A DNA stretch of 64,000 nucleotides from the human T2T-CHM13v2.0 reference genome, Homo sapiens. The notes beneath the pieces are model-generated. The model searched no databases, had not been told where the DNA came from, and saw nothing but the letters and a program-made list of their open reading frames with translations. Below are positions 40,717 to 53,940 of the stretch, piece after piece. The translations under genes were made by a program, and so were the position numbers. The stretch lies in the NCBI RefSeq assembly GCF_009914755.1, contig NC_060927.1. One strand, given 5' to 3'. Numbering within the stretch: the first letter of the stretch is position 1; each line of letters starts with the position of its first letter.

Positions 40717-41010
40717 AGCTGGGTGCAGTGGCTCATGCCTGTAATCTCAGCACTTTGGGAGTTCAAGGCGGGTGGATCATAGGTCAGGAGTTCAAGACCA
40801 GCCTGGCCAAGATGGTGAAACCCCATCTCTATTAAAAATACAAAAATTAGCCACGCATGGTGGTAGGGGCCTGTAATCCCAGCTACTCAGGAGACTGAGG
40901 CAGAGAATTACTTGAACCTGGGAGGCGGAGGTTGCAGTAAGCTGAGATCATGCCACTGCACTCCAGTCTGGGCAACAGAGCAAGATTTCATCTCCAAAAC
41001 AAAATTTAAA
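40717..41010 (+). mobile_element. Full-length AluSg-like element in intron 4
   Basis: ggatcataggtcaggagttcaagaccagcctggccaagatgg; perfect 11-bp TSD aagatagattc (40706-40716, 41011-41021). Confidence 0.95.
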
Positions 41011-41389
41011 AAGATAGATTCTGTTTCTTAACCACGTTATGAAGCCAGTGTACATACACAAAAAGTATGAAAAAAGCATATATTTATGTGAACCTACAAA
41101 TATATATAAAATAGTTACTTTCATAATAAAAAAAAAAAGTATTTAGCCTGTCTTTGAAAACTGGCTCAATTATAAACCTAGGAATCAGCCTGGAGGGTGG
41201 AGGAAAAGATAAGATAGAACACACTCATGGGTTGGCATATTTTGAGTGGATGGTTTAGCTTAGCAGCAATTTAACACTCCTTTAATCTGAAATATTTAGA
41301 GATTTTTGAACTTAGATGAAGAGTTAGAAAACCTGGGATATACAAGAAAAGATTGAAAAAGGTGTGTAATTTTACTGTCTCTCCTGACT

Positions 41390-42900
41390 TACCCTCACTG
41401 TAACTGATTGTAACCTGGTATCTGCTGTCATCACTCCATCAAAACCTCCCTAAAGTTGCCAGTGACGTCCATGTAGCTAATCCAGTGGATGCTGTTTAGG
41501 CTCTTAGTTGAATATTCAACAACATGTGACACTAGGCATGCTCTCCTCGTGGCTGCCACAGCTAGCCTTTTGTTTTTTTCCTTCTATTCTCGCCATTGTA
41601 AGCTGACCCTGTTCCTCCTAACCATTAAATGTTAGATGTCCTCAAGGCCCAGTATTGAGCCGCCTTCTCTCCCCACTCTATACTCTGTCCCCTAGGCAGT
41701 GGTTCTTTATCTTGGCTTCCCATTGAAATCACTTGTTGAACTTTCTAAATATATCAATGCATGGGGCACAGCCACAGAATTTCAGATTTAATTGGCCTGG
41801 GTTGGCACCCAGGTATCAATACATTTTTATAAAATTCTCAAGTGATTTTCATGAATAGTCAGGGTGGTGAATCACTGACATAGGAAGTCTCATCCACGTC
41901 CACCATTTCAATTACCATAATTTCACTGATAATTCTTAAGTTTATACCTTTCATATAGACATCAGAATTCCAAGCCCATATATTTCTCAGCTTAGTTCCT
42001 ATGCATTCTTGGATATTTTAAAGTCACTGCAAACTCAAATGCCCACAACTGAAAATGTAATGCTTGCTCTTGCCTCCTTCACCATATACTTGAAAACCAG
42101 TTCCCTCTCCCAGTGCTTATTTCTATGAATGATATGACCATGAACCTAGCTATGAAAGCCAGAAACCCAGGCATTGTCCCAGGAGTCTTCTCCCTTTTAC
42201 TGTTATTTTCAAGCTGTGTATCCCATCCTTTCTGTTTTATTTTTTGAACTCATTCTTTCCCGCTCTATTCCTATCTCTTCTCTCCAAGTCCGAGCTACTT
42301 TCCTCTCTCACCCGACTAAAGTAATGCCCTCCTAACGGGTCCCCTCCAACCTATTTATATTTTTAGAGATTTTTTCAGTAAGAAAATGGCACCTAGTGAC
42401 TTAGAAACCTTCAATGGCTTTTTGTTACATTTAGAAAGACTCATAAACATGGTCACCTGGGCCCTATATGTCTGGCTTCTATCTCTCTCTCTCTTTCTCT
42501 AGTCTTATTCTCCACTACAGTCCTGTAACTCTCTCAGCTGTACCCACACTGGCCTTTCAGTTCATAGAGAATGGCATGCTGTGTCCTGCCACAGGGCCTT
42601 TATACATGTCATTCTGTCTATTTAGAACTCATCCCTCACCTTATCACCTAATAACACTTATTCAGTGTCAACTGTCATCTTTGCAGAGCACACTCTCCTG
42701 AGCTTCCAACTAGGAAAAATTGTCCCATTCATATGAATACTTAGAACACTTTGTACTTTTCCTTCAGATGAGAGTTTGGATTTTACATTAATTTTTGTGG
42801 ACCACTTCGATTAGCATTTTTATACCAGATATTATGCTCCATGAGGGCAGAGTCAAGGTTTATTTGTGTTCAATATGTCTCTCCATCACTTAGCACAGAA
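41390..42900. mobile_element. L2 remnant with a nested MER5A (about 41697-41878)
   Basis: L2 motifs (caaactcaaatgcccacaactgaa, ctccatgagggcagag); MER5A cagtggttct...gaatcactg. Confidence 0.65.
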
Positions 42901-43182
42901 AATGACTTTTCATGCAAGAACAAATAAAAAATTGCCTAATCAATTTTCTCATCTGTTAAATCTCATTAAATGAGATAATAATGACTGCCTTTTCCATCTC
43001 ACGGTACCACTATTTAAATCAAATAGCTATTTGAATACTGATAAGTATCATAAAACTATTCCATTATTTGCGATGGCACTATGCAAAAGAAACCATTAAA
43101 TAGAGATTTTTGAAATAAAATTTCATCTACTTAAAGTCTCTAATCCACGTTTGGTGTGAAATTTCTATAGCATGGCACTTAC

Positions 43183-43273
43183 ACACTTGGATTCAATGCT
43201 TCGGTCATAAATCGGGCCACCAAGGAGTAATAATCAAGTCCAGCATACAATTGGTTGAAAAATCTTGGGTGGT
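43183..43273 (-). CDS. GADL1: GADL1 exon 4 (91 nt; NHPRFFNQLYAGLDYYSLVARFMTEALNPSV)
   Basis: Acceptor ttacag|AC and donor GT|gtaagt; HPRFFNQL motif of group II decarboxylases; read by hand, not in the ORF track. Confidence 0.96.
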
Positions 43274-43283
43274 CTGTAAATTT

Positions 43284-43648
43284 AAAATGGAGTATTCATC
43301 TATGCAGCAATAAAAAAAAAAACTACTGATACAGCATTAACATAAATGAATCTTTCAGAAAATGAAAGCAGACACACACAGAAGAGTTATATATAACGTA
43401 ATTCCATTTATATGACATTCAAAACCAACAAAGCTATCTAAGGAGATGGCGGTTAGAATTCTAGGTACTTTGTGGAAAGAATTATGGATTGGGAAGGGAC
43501 TTCAGAGAGCCTCTGGAGTGCTAGAATTGGTCTATATCTAGATCCAGGTGATGGCTCCATATGCACAGCTACGTACAAATTCATCATGCCGAGCAATTAA
43601 GATTTGTGCACTTTACTGAATATAAATTATACCTCATTCTAAAAAAAT
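43284..43648 (+). mobile_element. L1ME 3' end abutting the exon 4 acceptor
   Basis: ctatgcagcaataaaa...actactgatac...attccatttatatgacattcaaaac...gtgcactttactgaatataaattatacctca. Confidence 0.75.
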
Positions 43649-45498
43649 CCAAAACAGGATCATGCGCAAGGAAAAACATGTTGAAGACACATCGTAGAGC
43701 CCTTTCTACTGGTCAGTGTTTGTAAGTAAAATCTGAGTTGTCTTTTAAGAGCTTTGATTTACTTGCTCCTCTTTTTTACAACCCAGACCCAAACCAGAAC
43801 CCTTAAATAATTATTTGAACACTATTTGTCCAAGGATCACAGGGTACTGCCTTTTTTTCTGAAAATATCAATATTAACTTCTCACTTCATATACATTTCA
43901 CTCACAGCAGAGTTCACCCCAGGCTATGGCACTGAGCAGCCTTTTCATTTTTCAGATTGGACCCATGCGACTGGCAGTATATAGATGGAGTAAGATGTGA
44001 CTCACTATGCGGCTTACATACACTTCTGATTCAATTTGCTTGAAATGCAATCGCCTTTAAGAGACAAACAATGGCTTGTTCCAATTTTAATTTTTTTCCC
44101 CCCTCCTATAAAAGGTCTCATAAAGGTTCTTGGCTTTACACCATGTGAATAATCACACCATACACCCGGCTAACTGGCTTGGCATTCTCAATCTCAGGAA
44201 GCTCAGCATGACAGAACAAAGAGGCAGGAGGTCTATTTCTACATTTGAGTATTTGGGAATCATTTAATTTGGTGACCTCTCATTACAACTTACAGCATCT
44301 GGTTTTAGTTTATTTTAGTTTTTTTTTTCTCTCTTTAGGGGTTCAATAAAAAAACAAGTCTCAAAAGAAAATGTCTTTTCAGCTTAAACATGGAAAACTT
44401 CCTCTGATCTGGCAAAAAAAAAAAAAACGGCATTGCTACAAGTAATTTTAATAAGTTTTTTTTAGTTCTGTGTTAATTTATGATTGATTTCCATGGTAAC
44501 ATGGAAAATATCCAGTAAACTGAAAAATCTACTGCATTAAATGTCATTCTGCACTTTTGACATGCACTGGTAATAATAAGATACATATCTCTGCTTTTGA
44601 AATGCTAACTGAGTTTTTGATACATACACCAGACTTTCCCAAAGGAATATAATCCAATTATTTTTAGCCAGAATTTTACTATGTTCTTTCCACTAAACTT
44701 AGTCCAGTGTCAGAATTTACAAAGTAATGCCTGTATGATCTTAAGCGCTAGATACCTTTACATTACACTGACAAATATTTTGGAAGATTATTCTCCCATT
44801 TTTGAAACTTGTTCGCTGGATGAACAGGATATTAACAGGTAAGCTAGAATGGTGCCTCAGTGTAAGATTGACATCACATTACTGCACGTACAAAGTTCAC
44901 AGTAGTTATGACATCACTGTGAAATAATCTCATCAAAAACTTGGAATGTATTCATTTGTCTTATATCCATCTAAGGGCTTTTATTTATTTGTTTTTGGTA
45001 CAGCCAGATTTGATCAAATAGTTTGGCAATTACCAACTGCCAAGAGTTAATCAGTGTCTTCCAAATAAATCATTTCTGTTTATATTAAAGATACCTTTTG
45101 AACACTTTTTTTGCATACTCTGGGCCATCAAGATTTAAAATCCCTTAACAAATTTATATAATCAAAATACTATTTGCCAGTTTGGTCTAACACAAGAAAT
45201 GATAAGTAGCAGTGATAATATATGATCTTGATTACAACTAGTATGTGGGGGTTGGCAAGGAGAAGAGGATATTTACATACAAACACTAACACCTACAGTT
45301 TTCCTGTCAACTTATCTTTGGCCTTGGCAATGAATCTGGATTAGGGATTAAAGGGACCATTGCAAAAACATCAGAACTACTAATTTTTTGATCCAGATTT
45401 CTCGTTCCATAAGCATTGCTATACTCAGCTTTGAGAGGCTTTGCAAACATAAGAACTTGTCAGAGGTACAGATCAAGGAAGTAAATTAAAGTTCTTAC

Positions 45499-45625
45499 TA
45501 GTTTTGACACTGTAGTGTATGACATCCCGACAGAGTTCCAATAGTTTATGGGGTGGCTCGCCTGAGTCTCTCATCTCCAAATCAAGAAGCTGTTTCAGTT
45601 GTTCAGGAGGCCTCCATTCACACAC
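45499..45625 (-). CDS. GADL1: GADL1 exon 3 (127 nt; VCEWRPPEQLKQLLDLEM...VIHYSVKT)
   Basis: Acceptor tccag|GTG and donor ACTA|gtaaga; GAD/CSAD-family sequence; phase 0 to 1. Confidence 0.96.
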
Positions 45626-45749
45626 CTGGAGATTCAACCACAACACAAATTGAGTATCCACCATAGCCAGGTATTGAGAGGATGTTACAAACGTGGACTC
45701 TACCATTACAAAGCTTCTGGGCAGCGGGTGATTTAAACATGCAACTATA

Positions 45750-48160
45750 GTTCAGACGAAAAGAACTATTACAGTAATGTAGATGTTGATGGGACCAATG
45801 AGGGGCGCCATCTTAGATTTGCAAGGTAAAGGGAGATTTCCTAGTGATACTGATATCTAAGTTGTTACATAGAATAAGAGTAGAGCGAATCAAAGTTTAG
45901 GGAGGTTCTAGATGGAAGTGACAGAAGTAACAAAGATCAAAAGTAAAATTAAAAAAGATAAAAAATTCGGATCCTATGGCACATCTGTAAAATCAAGTAC
46001 ATTTGGTATGGCTTGAACATGGATTTTTGAGAAATGGAGAGGAAATAAACAGGAATGCTGAAGCAGTTTTTCTCTCTGTGTGTACCCGGCCCTATGCAGT
46101 CTGCTATCGACCTAGCAGCCAGAATGATCCTCCTAAACTTAAGCCATGGCCATTCCTCTATTCAAATACATCTGATGGCTCCCTGTTTCTTTCAAAGTAA
46201 AACCTGAGGTCCTTACAAAGATATAAAATGATCCTTTACGATCTGCTTCTCCTGGTTTCATTTTTCCTCTAGTCTCATCTGGGACTACTTTCCTTCTGGC
46301 TAACTCTGCTCTTGACACCCTAGCCTCCTTACTGTTCTTAACTACACGAGGGAGGTTCCCATACTGGGGTCTCTGCACTGTGTGTGCCCTCTGCCTAGAA
46401 TGTTTTTCAAAATATCCTCATAACTGAATCCCTCACTTATTTCAAATCTTTGCTCAGAAGTCACTTTCTCAACAACAGCAATCCTGACTCCCTTACCTAA
46501 AATTAAAATCTACCCATTACCTCTATCAATCCCCTTTAACATTTCCTACTATTCCTTTTTACAAAGCACTTATCACCCTCTAATATACTGTTACTTATTG
46601 TATCCTACATAATCTCCATACAAGCAGATCTGTCTTTTTGCTCACTGATCCCAAGTGACTACCACAGAGTCTGCACATAATAGTGCTCAATAAAGATGTG
46701 TTGAATAACTGAATGGATAAACAGAGATAAGCAAGGCTCAGATCATAATGGGCTTTATGTGACATATTATAGAGTTTGGACTTGGCTCTAAGGAAGCCAT
46801 TAAAATGTTTAGGACAGGGGAATGAAAGGATCATATTTGTGTTTGGGGCAATAGCTTTAGTTGTTATGTGGAGGTTCCCAATAAAATTTGAAATAAGAGG
46901 TTGCTGTAATAAGCCAGGCAAGAGAAGGTGATGATCTGGATGACAGTCAATGCTGTATTAAATATGTAGTTTTTAGAGATATTTAAAATGCAGAATCACT
47001 AGAACCTGGAAATCAGTTAGATTTTGAGGGTGAGATGAATGAGCCAAGGATCATCCCAAGGTTTCCAGCTTGGACACAAGATTGGATGGCAGCAATGGGG
47101 ATAGCAGGAGAAGGATCTGGTTGGGGTGGTGTGGGGATGATGAGGTGAAAGCAGGTTTAGGACAAGGCACCTTCAGAATATCCAAAAGCTGTATAGCAGT
47201 TGATCTGAGGCTCTTGCAAAAGATTGAGGACAGAGTTCCAGGGAGACACTATGATAATGTAACAGTAGTTGATGTGGCTCAGAGAGAACCTACAGCAGGG
47301 CAGAAAGGAGCAGAATCTTTCTGGGCATCACCAACACTTATGAATGGGCATAGGAAGAGGAGCCTGACTGTCCTGTGGAGGGCACGCCAGAGAGGTAGGG
47401 AGAATCCTAAGAGTTTAGTGCTACCATAACCAAGAAGAAAGAATGCTTTAGGAAGGAGATGTTCACCACTGTCAAATACTGCTAAGAAGCCGAATTAGAT
47501 AGACTTGAAGTGCTCATGGAATTTATCAACAAGGAGGTGTTCTTGGCAAGAGCAGCTTGACTTAGAGAGGTGGGGGCGGAGGCCAGATTGCTTTGAAGTG
47601 AGAATGTAGGAGGTGAAGAAACGGAGGGAGGGAATATAGATAATCTCTAAAAATTTTGGCTGTGGAGGGGAGGAGAGAGATAGGGAAGTAGCCAGGGAGT
47701 GAAAAGACTGGGAGGCTGGGGGGAAGCAGGAGGAAATACCAAGTTGTGCAAGTAGTATGAAATTAAACTATGATGCTATAACCATGACAGGCAGAGGTAA
47801 ATTGGAAATGCCTGAGACAATCAAAAGGAATGACTACTGGCGCATTCAACAACATGGATGAATCTCAAATGCATTTTGTTGAGGGTAAACAGCAAGACTC
47901 AAAGCCTACTAAAATACTATTCCATCAACATGACATTCTAGAAAAGGCAAGTATCATAGGGAAAGAAAATCAGTGGTTTCAGGGGCTAGAGGAAAGGGGA
48001 GGATTGATTAGAGAGGGGCACAGAATAGTTATATAACTATTCTAATGAAGATATAGAACAGTTCCATCATATCGTAGTAATAGTTATGACTTCTGAAACT
48101 CATAGAACCACACCCCAAAGGGGTAAATTTTACTGAATATAAATTATAATTCAGTTTTAA
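45750..48160. mobile_element. Cluster of L2 fragments in both orientations plus an L1ME 3' fragment (about 47830-48160)
   Basis: L2 3' end gtgctcaataaagatgtgttgaataactgaatg; L1ME caacatggatgaatctcaaatgcatt. Confidence 0.55.
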
Positions 48161-49269
48161 AAACTGGCTGATGAAGAATTTTCTGCTAATGAAACTAGCA
48201 GTGATCACTGCACCAAGCTTGGGTATATATCTGCAGGCTACCTTTTAATGGTGCTCTGTTGGATCTCAAACAAGGTAGGCTAAGTTAGTGGTATCAAAAC
48301 TTCACCTCCTTCCCCCAACTCTAGCATAGCTTTCAATCCAACTTCCCGTGGGTAGCCTGCACATCTATTACATTGTAATTGACTTGTGGTTCCTTAATTG
48401 ACAACTTAGGATCTTAAGATCTTCCGTTTCTCATCTTATTAGTCCCCTGTGTGAGCTCTTTTTTTCTGGGCAAAAAATGGTCCCCTTGCTGTGTTAAGTA
48501 CATCTTGTCCTTTTGCAATGCTCTTTCCATTATTGACCTTCCTGCTTTCTTCCTCCAGAAATGAGTACCCTAACGCCAAACTTTCTCTTCCCCTGCCACT
48601 GCCCCCCAAAATTCTCACTTGCCCTTTACTTACATTCCACATCTGAGCTCAAAGTACTCGCTCCTGAGTGAAATCCCAAAAATCTGTTCCAGTCTCAAAG
48701 CATTTATCACATCCTTACTGGGACCCCCCGCTGCCTTTTCTAATGAAAACATATCCTTCCAATTAGATTATAAATTCTGTTCAGAGCTGGGCCTTTATAT
48801 TGTTTTTCTTTATATTCTCTAGGGCTGAATATAAAGCTTTAGTCATAGCTAATACTCAGTTAATATTTAATGACTGAATAAAGGCCAATAAAAAAAACTG
48901 CCAGAGGAGCAGTGTACTCCAATGTAAAGCAGATCCAAAGTATTTCACAAGTACAGAGAAGAACAGAAATTATATAATTATAAATATGCTATCTGGGCAA
49001 ATACCAAACACCATCAGGATTTTGCCTTGAACATAACTTCCAAATTCATGCATCAATCTATTTTCCTACTAGTTTTCCGAAAGGCATGTGATCAAAAATT
49101 CAGAATAAATATCACCTCACTTTCAAAATCTTTTAAAAATGATACTTATTTCTAACTAATATAACTGGAATAAAAATCTCTTCCTTACATCCATTTGTTG
49201 ATAATCCACCTCCAACATGAAAACCAATGTGATAAAGGTTGATTCGGTAATTTTAAGAGGCATATGGAA

Positions 49270-49480
49270 TAGTTAAGAGTGCAGATTGTGAAGTGATACT
49301 GCCTGGATTTTAGTCCCGGCTCTGATACTTGTGTATAATCTTGGGCAACATATTTGACCTCTTTGTGCCTGACTTTCTTTCCCAGCTCTAAAATGGGGGT
49401 AATAGTATCTGCCTTTTAGTGCTTTTGAAAGGATTAAATGCATAAGGAGTAGTCCTTAGAACATAGTAAGTATTCTTAAG
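49270..49480. mobile_element. MIR
   Basis: gttaagagtgcaga...atcttgggcaac...cctctttgtgcct...taaaatgggggtaatagta. Confidence 0.7.
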
Positions 49481-50076
49481 AGTAGATGTCATTAGCGGCG
49501 GTTCTAATATCAATTTGAATTGAATTTGAGCCTGAATTTGAAATCTACAACCAATAATTGGTACCAGAAAGGAGTCAGACTTAACCACCTAAGATTTCTA
49601 GGCTAAATTTAGACAAGCTCTTCATAAGGACCTTAAGATAAATTTAAAATGTTTTTACATCCTTTTCCATCTTTTGCTTGATTTTCATGAACAACATGAA
49701 GAGTGTGCACTAGAAAATGGGGAGCAAAGAGCATTAGAGAGTTGCGTAAGTGAGATTAGCAGGTTACTTATCTATGTTATTATCTAGGGTGCAGGAAGTT
49801 TCATCCCTGTGCTTCATGTCCTTATGTGATTAAGCTCTAGGGTCTCAGCCAATCTTCCCACGAATGATGACTGGCAGAGTAAGGAGGCAACCCTTCAAGG
49901 ACAGCAGGAATTGCCTGAAGGACAGCCTACACTTTTATATCTGGACATCCTTTTGAGACAAAGGCATAGAAGAAATAAAAACTTGGCCTTCCCATTTGCT
50001 TTCTATTCAGCCATACTGATTTGGGGAACATCTATCTTTCCCATTTCTGCAATTTCTTACAGGTTTTAATTTTTAC

Positions 50077-50249
50077 CTTCTCATTGACATCTGTAGCTTT
50101 CAAAACCACCTCTTCCATTATTAGCCTACAGGCCTCTTCAACAAATTTTTCTCCAGCTTTTGCATCTGTTGTAGGACCATTCAGCACAACCCCATCCACA
50201 AGAACAGCATTCTTCTTACTTGGAATCATCTCTTGTTGATCAATATCTC
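50077..50249 (-). CDS. GADL1: GADL1 exon 2 (173 nt; GDIDQQEMIPSKKNAVLVDG...KATDVNEK)
   Basis: Acceptor ttccag|GA and donor AAG|gtaaaa; translation matches the GADL1 N-terminus; phase 1 to 0. Confidence 0.96.
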
Positions 50250-51507
50250 CTGGAAGCAAGCAAACAAATTGTGTTTGAGAGATAATCTAATTACACCACA
50301 TAACAAAGCACGGGACAAAATGCATCACTATCCCAGCTTCAGATGGCACATCTTTTAATACATGAAGGCATCATTTGAGGTGTTGAGCTGACAATTTCTT
50401 ATGACACACCATGGTATGATAGTTAAGGAAAATTTTACAAAGAAAGCTCACAATTTATGGATTAAGTAAATCTACCTTATTATATATGTCACTCTGTACT
50501 GGGCTGAGTTAGTCATGGAGTATATGACCTCCTAATTCAGTGCAATTTCAGGTCTGATGGGGAAAGGTACCATTCACATACAATTCCCATGCTAGATGGT
50601 GTTTGAAGTTGAAAAAAAATGTTTTCCATAATTAGAATGCTGATTCACAAAGCAACTGCCCCTAGGAGAGAGTAAATATTCATTGGCATTTCTACACATG
50701 CACAAATGATTAAGTGATTTCCCTAATCCTTTCCTCAGAGACAGCCGTCACTCTACCACAGGAGAGTTCGAGATGGAGGAACAGGAGTTAGGCATTTGGA
50801 GAAAAGGATGAGGAGAAAGCCCTTCAGATTTTATCTAGAATTAACACCACCTCTATGCTGTCAGTATCCCCTTAAAATATAAATAATACAATATCATACA
50901 ATAGTGGTTTTAACTTTCAGAATCTGGTGCATTGAGTAGACAAATCCTATAATTAAGGTAGCAAGCTTTTAGCTTCATTTCCTTGTACAAAGTCCTTTAG
51001 CATTTCTGAGCCCTAGGATGAAGCTTTGGGCAGAGATAAAGAAAATAGCACCTGTCCTTACACAATTTATTTTCCTCAAGGAAGAGATAATGCATTTCCA
51101 GATTGAAATAACAAATTGAATTTTATGAAGATCCATCTTGTATTGGATGTATCTGAATTATCGAAGTATCTAAGAGGGATCACCTGGTCACCTTCAACAA
51201 AGTGAATATTGAAATCTTCAAAGGCAAAGAGCTAGCTGCTTCCTTCTTGAACTAGCACACATGAATATGTTTCTCCAAATGTATGTCCCCTCTTCCTTTA
51301 GGTGCGTGTAGCTGTTGGCCAATTTCTCTATGAACTAGATTACAAAGTTTACACAAAAGTTGTATTTTTCATTCTTGCAGCATCTTGTTTAGCATCAGGG
51401 AGTGTGGAGGAGACCAAGAAATGTAAATGTAACCTATTTTACTCATTCTTGCAGTCACCTTTCAAACACATGTACAAAGAGATCTTCGTAAACATAAGCC
51501 CATGTCT

Positions 51508-51511
<4 letters not shown>

Positions 51512-51540
<29 letters not shown>

Positions 51541-51576
51541 TCTCTCACACTCACACACTCACTCTCTCTCTCTCTC
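51512..51576. repeat. Compound (CA)n(CT)n microsatellite
   Basis: Read directly from the sequence. Confidence 0.9.
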
Positions 51577-52847
51577 GTAATTTGTCAGGGATACCATATT
51601 TTCCCTTTTAACAAATCATTCCTTAAAAAGCAGCAGCGATATAAACTTGTCACTAATCTTAATTGTATGTTTTAATTCTATGTTTAAATGTTCCTCTATA
51701 TTACAGATACTGCTTTGTCCCTGAGAGCCCCTAATTTTTCAGCCATTTTCTACATAGAGAGTGATAGAGGAAAGAAAGCAGCACAATGATTTGTTAAGCC
51801 TGTATTAAATGCCTTTAAACTTTTCAACCTTGCAGCTTAAGCACAGGCAAAAGGATGAGACGGAACATGTTCAAGACTGTACATGCCGATCATTGACTAA
51901 ATGTTAAAAGTCAACATGAAAATCTATATCTGAGAAGAAAGGTTACTGCCTACCCAAAATAGCCCTCCACAAAAATAATTCTGGCAACTCAATCCAGATA
52001 TTCAACCAATTTCCAGCACAAGCTTTGATTCAATCACATTCTCTTTTTCTAATCAGTATGTTTCTCCACCTTATAATGTATATGTTCATTTAATTGTTGA
52101 AATTGACAGAAACAATTTTTAAAGTACTTTTCAGCACTGTACCTCACACAGTATCTTCTATTTTAAATCCATCTTAAATATTCCAATGGTCTACAAAAAA
52201 AAACCCTTCTAAATATATGTATTTCAAACACTTCTACTCTTAGTGAGGGCTCTAACAATATTAACATTTATCATTTCTTAGACTCCACCTTCTCCTCAAA
52301 GTTAAACGTTCTGATAAAATTCTATGGCTCCACAAACACTTTAATTCTGTTATTGGCAAACACAAATGGTGTCTATGAAAGCACCAGATAAAAATGTTAC
52401 AGGAAGATCCCCCAGTTGGGGAAAGATGGAATCTGCAGCAAAGGATCAATCTTTTGTCCTCTCACTGAAAAAGAAGCCATTTAGAGCTCCAATGAAGAAT
52501 GTTAGTTCCAGCCCTCACTTTCACATGAAAGGAAACATTTAACATGGTTTAGGGCCAAATATTGAAACCCTAGAATTGAGCTTTTAGATGGAAATGCTCT
52601 GCACCTGAAGGTACTTTCCTCTCCTCCCAAATTTTTTAGGCCCTAAAAATAGAGTAAGAAAGAGAGCAATTATTCCAGGAACTCTGGTTATGTGAGTAGG
52701 CAGTGCTATTATTAAGCACGCAGAAAAAGTTAAGATTTTTTTTTTTTAACCTCATTAGTAGGATTTCAAGCTTTTATTACCCAGGGAATAACAGCAGCTC
52801 TATAGCCTGCTCATTATGTTTCTCTTTCTCTTTCTCTCACCCCGTTC

Positions 52848-52882
52848 CGTGTGTGTGTGTGTCACACACATACACACACACG
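52848..52882. repeat. Self-complementary (GT)n-(CA)n inverted microsatellite
   Basis: cgtgtgtgtgtgtgtcacacacatacacacacacg. Confidence 0.9.
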
Positions 52883-53269
52883 ATAAAATAAAAAATGTCA
52901 ACACCCACTCGTAACCAGAATAGCAGTGAAATTTAAATTATCACTGTCTTCACACCAATGAATTAAAAAAAATCCCCATAATTCACACAATTATCTAGGA
53001 GAAAATACTGTAAAAATCTATACAGAAATGGGTCTAGATGATGTCTTTTCTTTGATAGACACATTTTATTTTTATAGCCAGATGTGATAATGTGCCTCTT
53101 TCTCCCCCAGCATTTGTCCAGGTCAGAAAAGGCCCTCTGGAGACTCTAGAATAGGTCAAGCTGTGGTCTCCTGAGGAAGGATATTCAGAATTTTCATTCT
53201 AACTGCTAGAGTTTATAGTGGCTCTTAATGAAGTCTTTCAATTTGAGGAATCTTCCATGAAGACTATAC

Positions 53270-53940
53270 CTAGGATATGACTGCTTTTCATCACCCCCAC
53301 TTTTACTACCTTAGTTCAAACCACCTTCAAATGCTAGGGTTACTGCAGTAGCCTCCCAACTAACCACCTTTCTTCGCCCTTTCCCCTCATTTTCTGTGGA
53401 CTATTCTCAACACAGTACCTCCTACGTTCCCTTGAAAAGATAAATCTGATCACATGATGACTCCTGCTTAAAGCATTCAATGACTCCTCATCAAACTAAA
53501 AGCTAACATCCTTCTAATAACCTCAAAGGCCCATTTCCCTATTATCTCATGGACCTCAAACCTCATCTTGTTACTGTCCTCCAAGCTCACACAGCTCTAT
53601 CATCTGTGGTCTTTTTCACCATGCTGATTCTTTCCTTAAACATCAGTTTCTCAGGGAGGCCTTCCTTGACTACCTCATATGAAGCTGCAATCACCTCTCT
53701 GCACTACTTTCTCTGCTTTGATTCCAGAGCAGTGACTACCATGGGATATATAATACCCACGTAAATTAATATATATATATATATATATTTTTTTTAATAT
53801 CTGTCTCTCCAATAAAGAAAGGTTAAGCTCTGTGAGAGCATGAGTTTGTGTCTGTCGGTTTCACTGTTATTTCCATAGCACCCAGAAAGTGCCTGGCAGT
53901 TTGCAGGAGTTTGATGAACATTTTTTGACTATTAAATGAA
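53270..53940. mobile_element. L2 fragment containing a (TA)n tract at about 53769-53788
   Basis: tactgcagtagcctcccaact...aagctctgtgagagc...cacccagaaagtgcctggca. Confidence 0.6.

Noticed and set aside
45794-45814. CTCF/YY1-like motif (ccaatgaggggcgccatctt)
   Set aside because: The CTCF match has mismatches at core positions, and a lone YY1 9-mer at the edge of an L2 region is not enough support.
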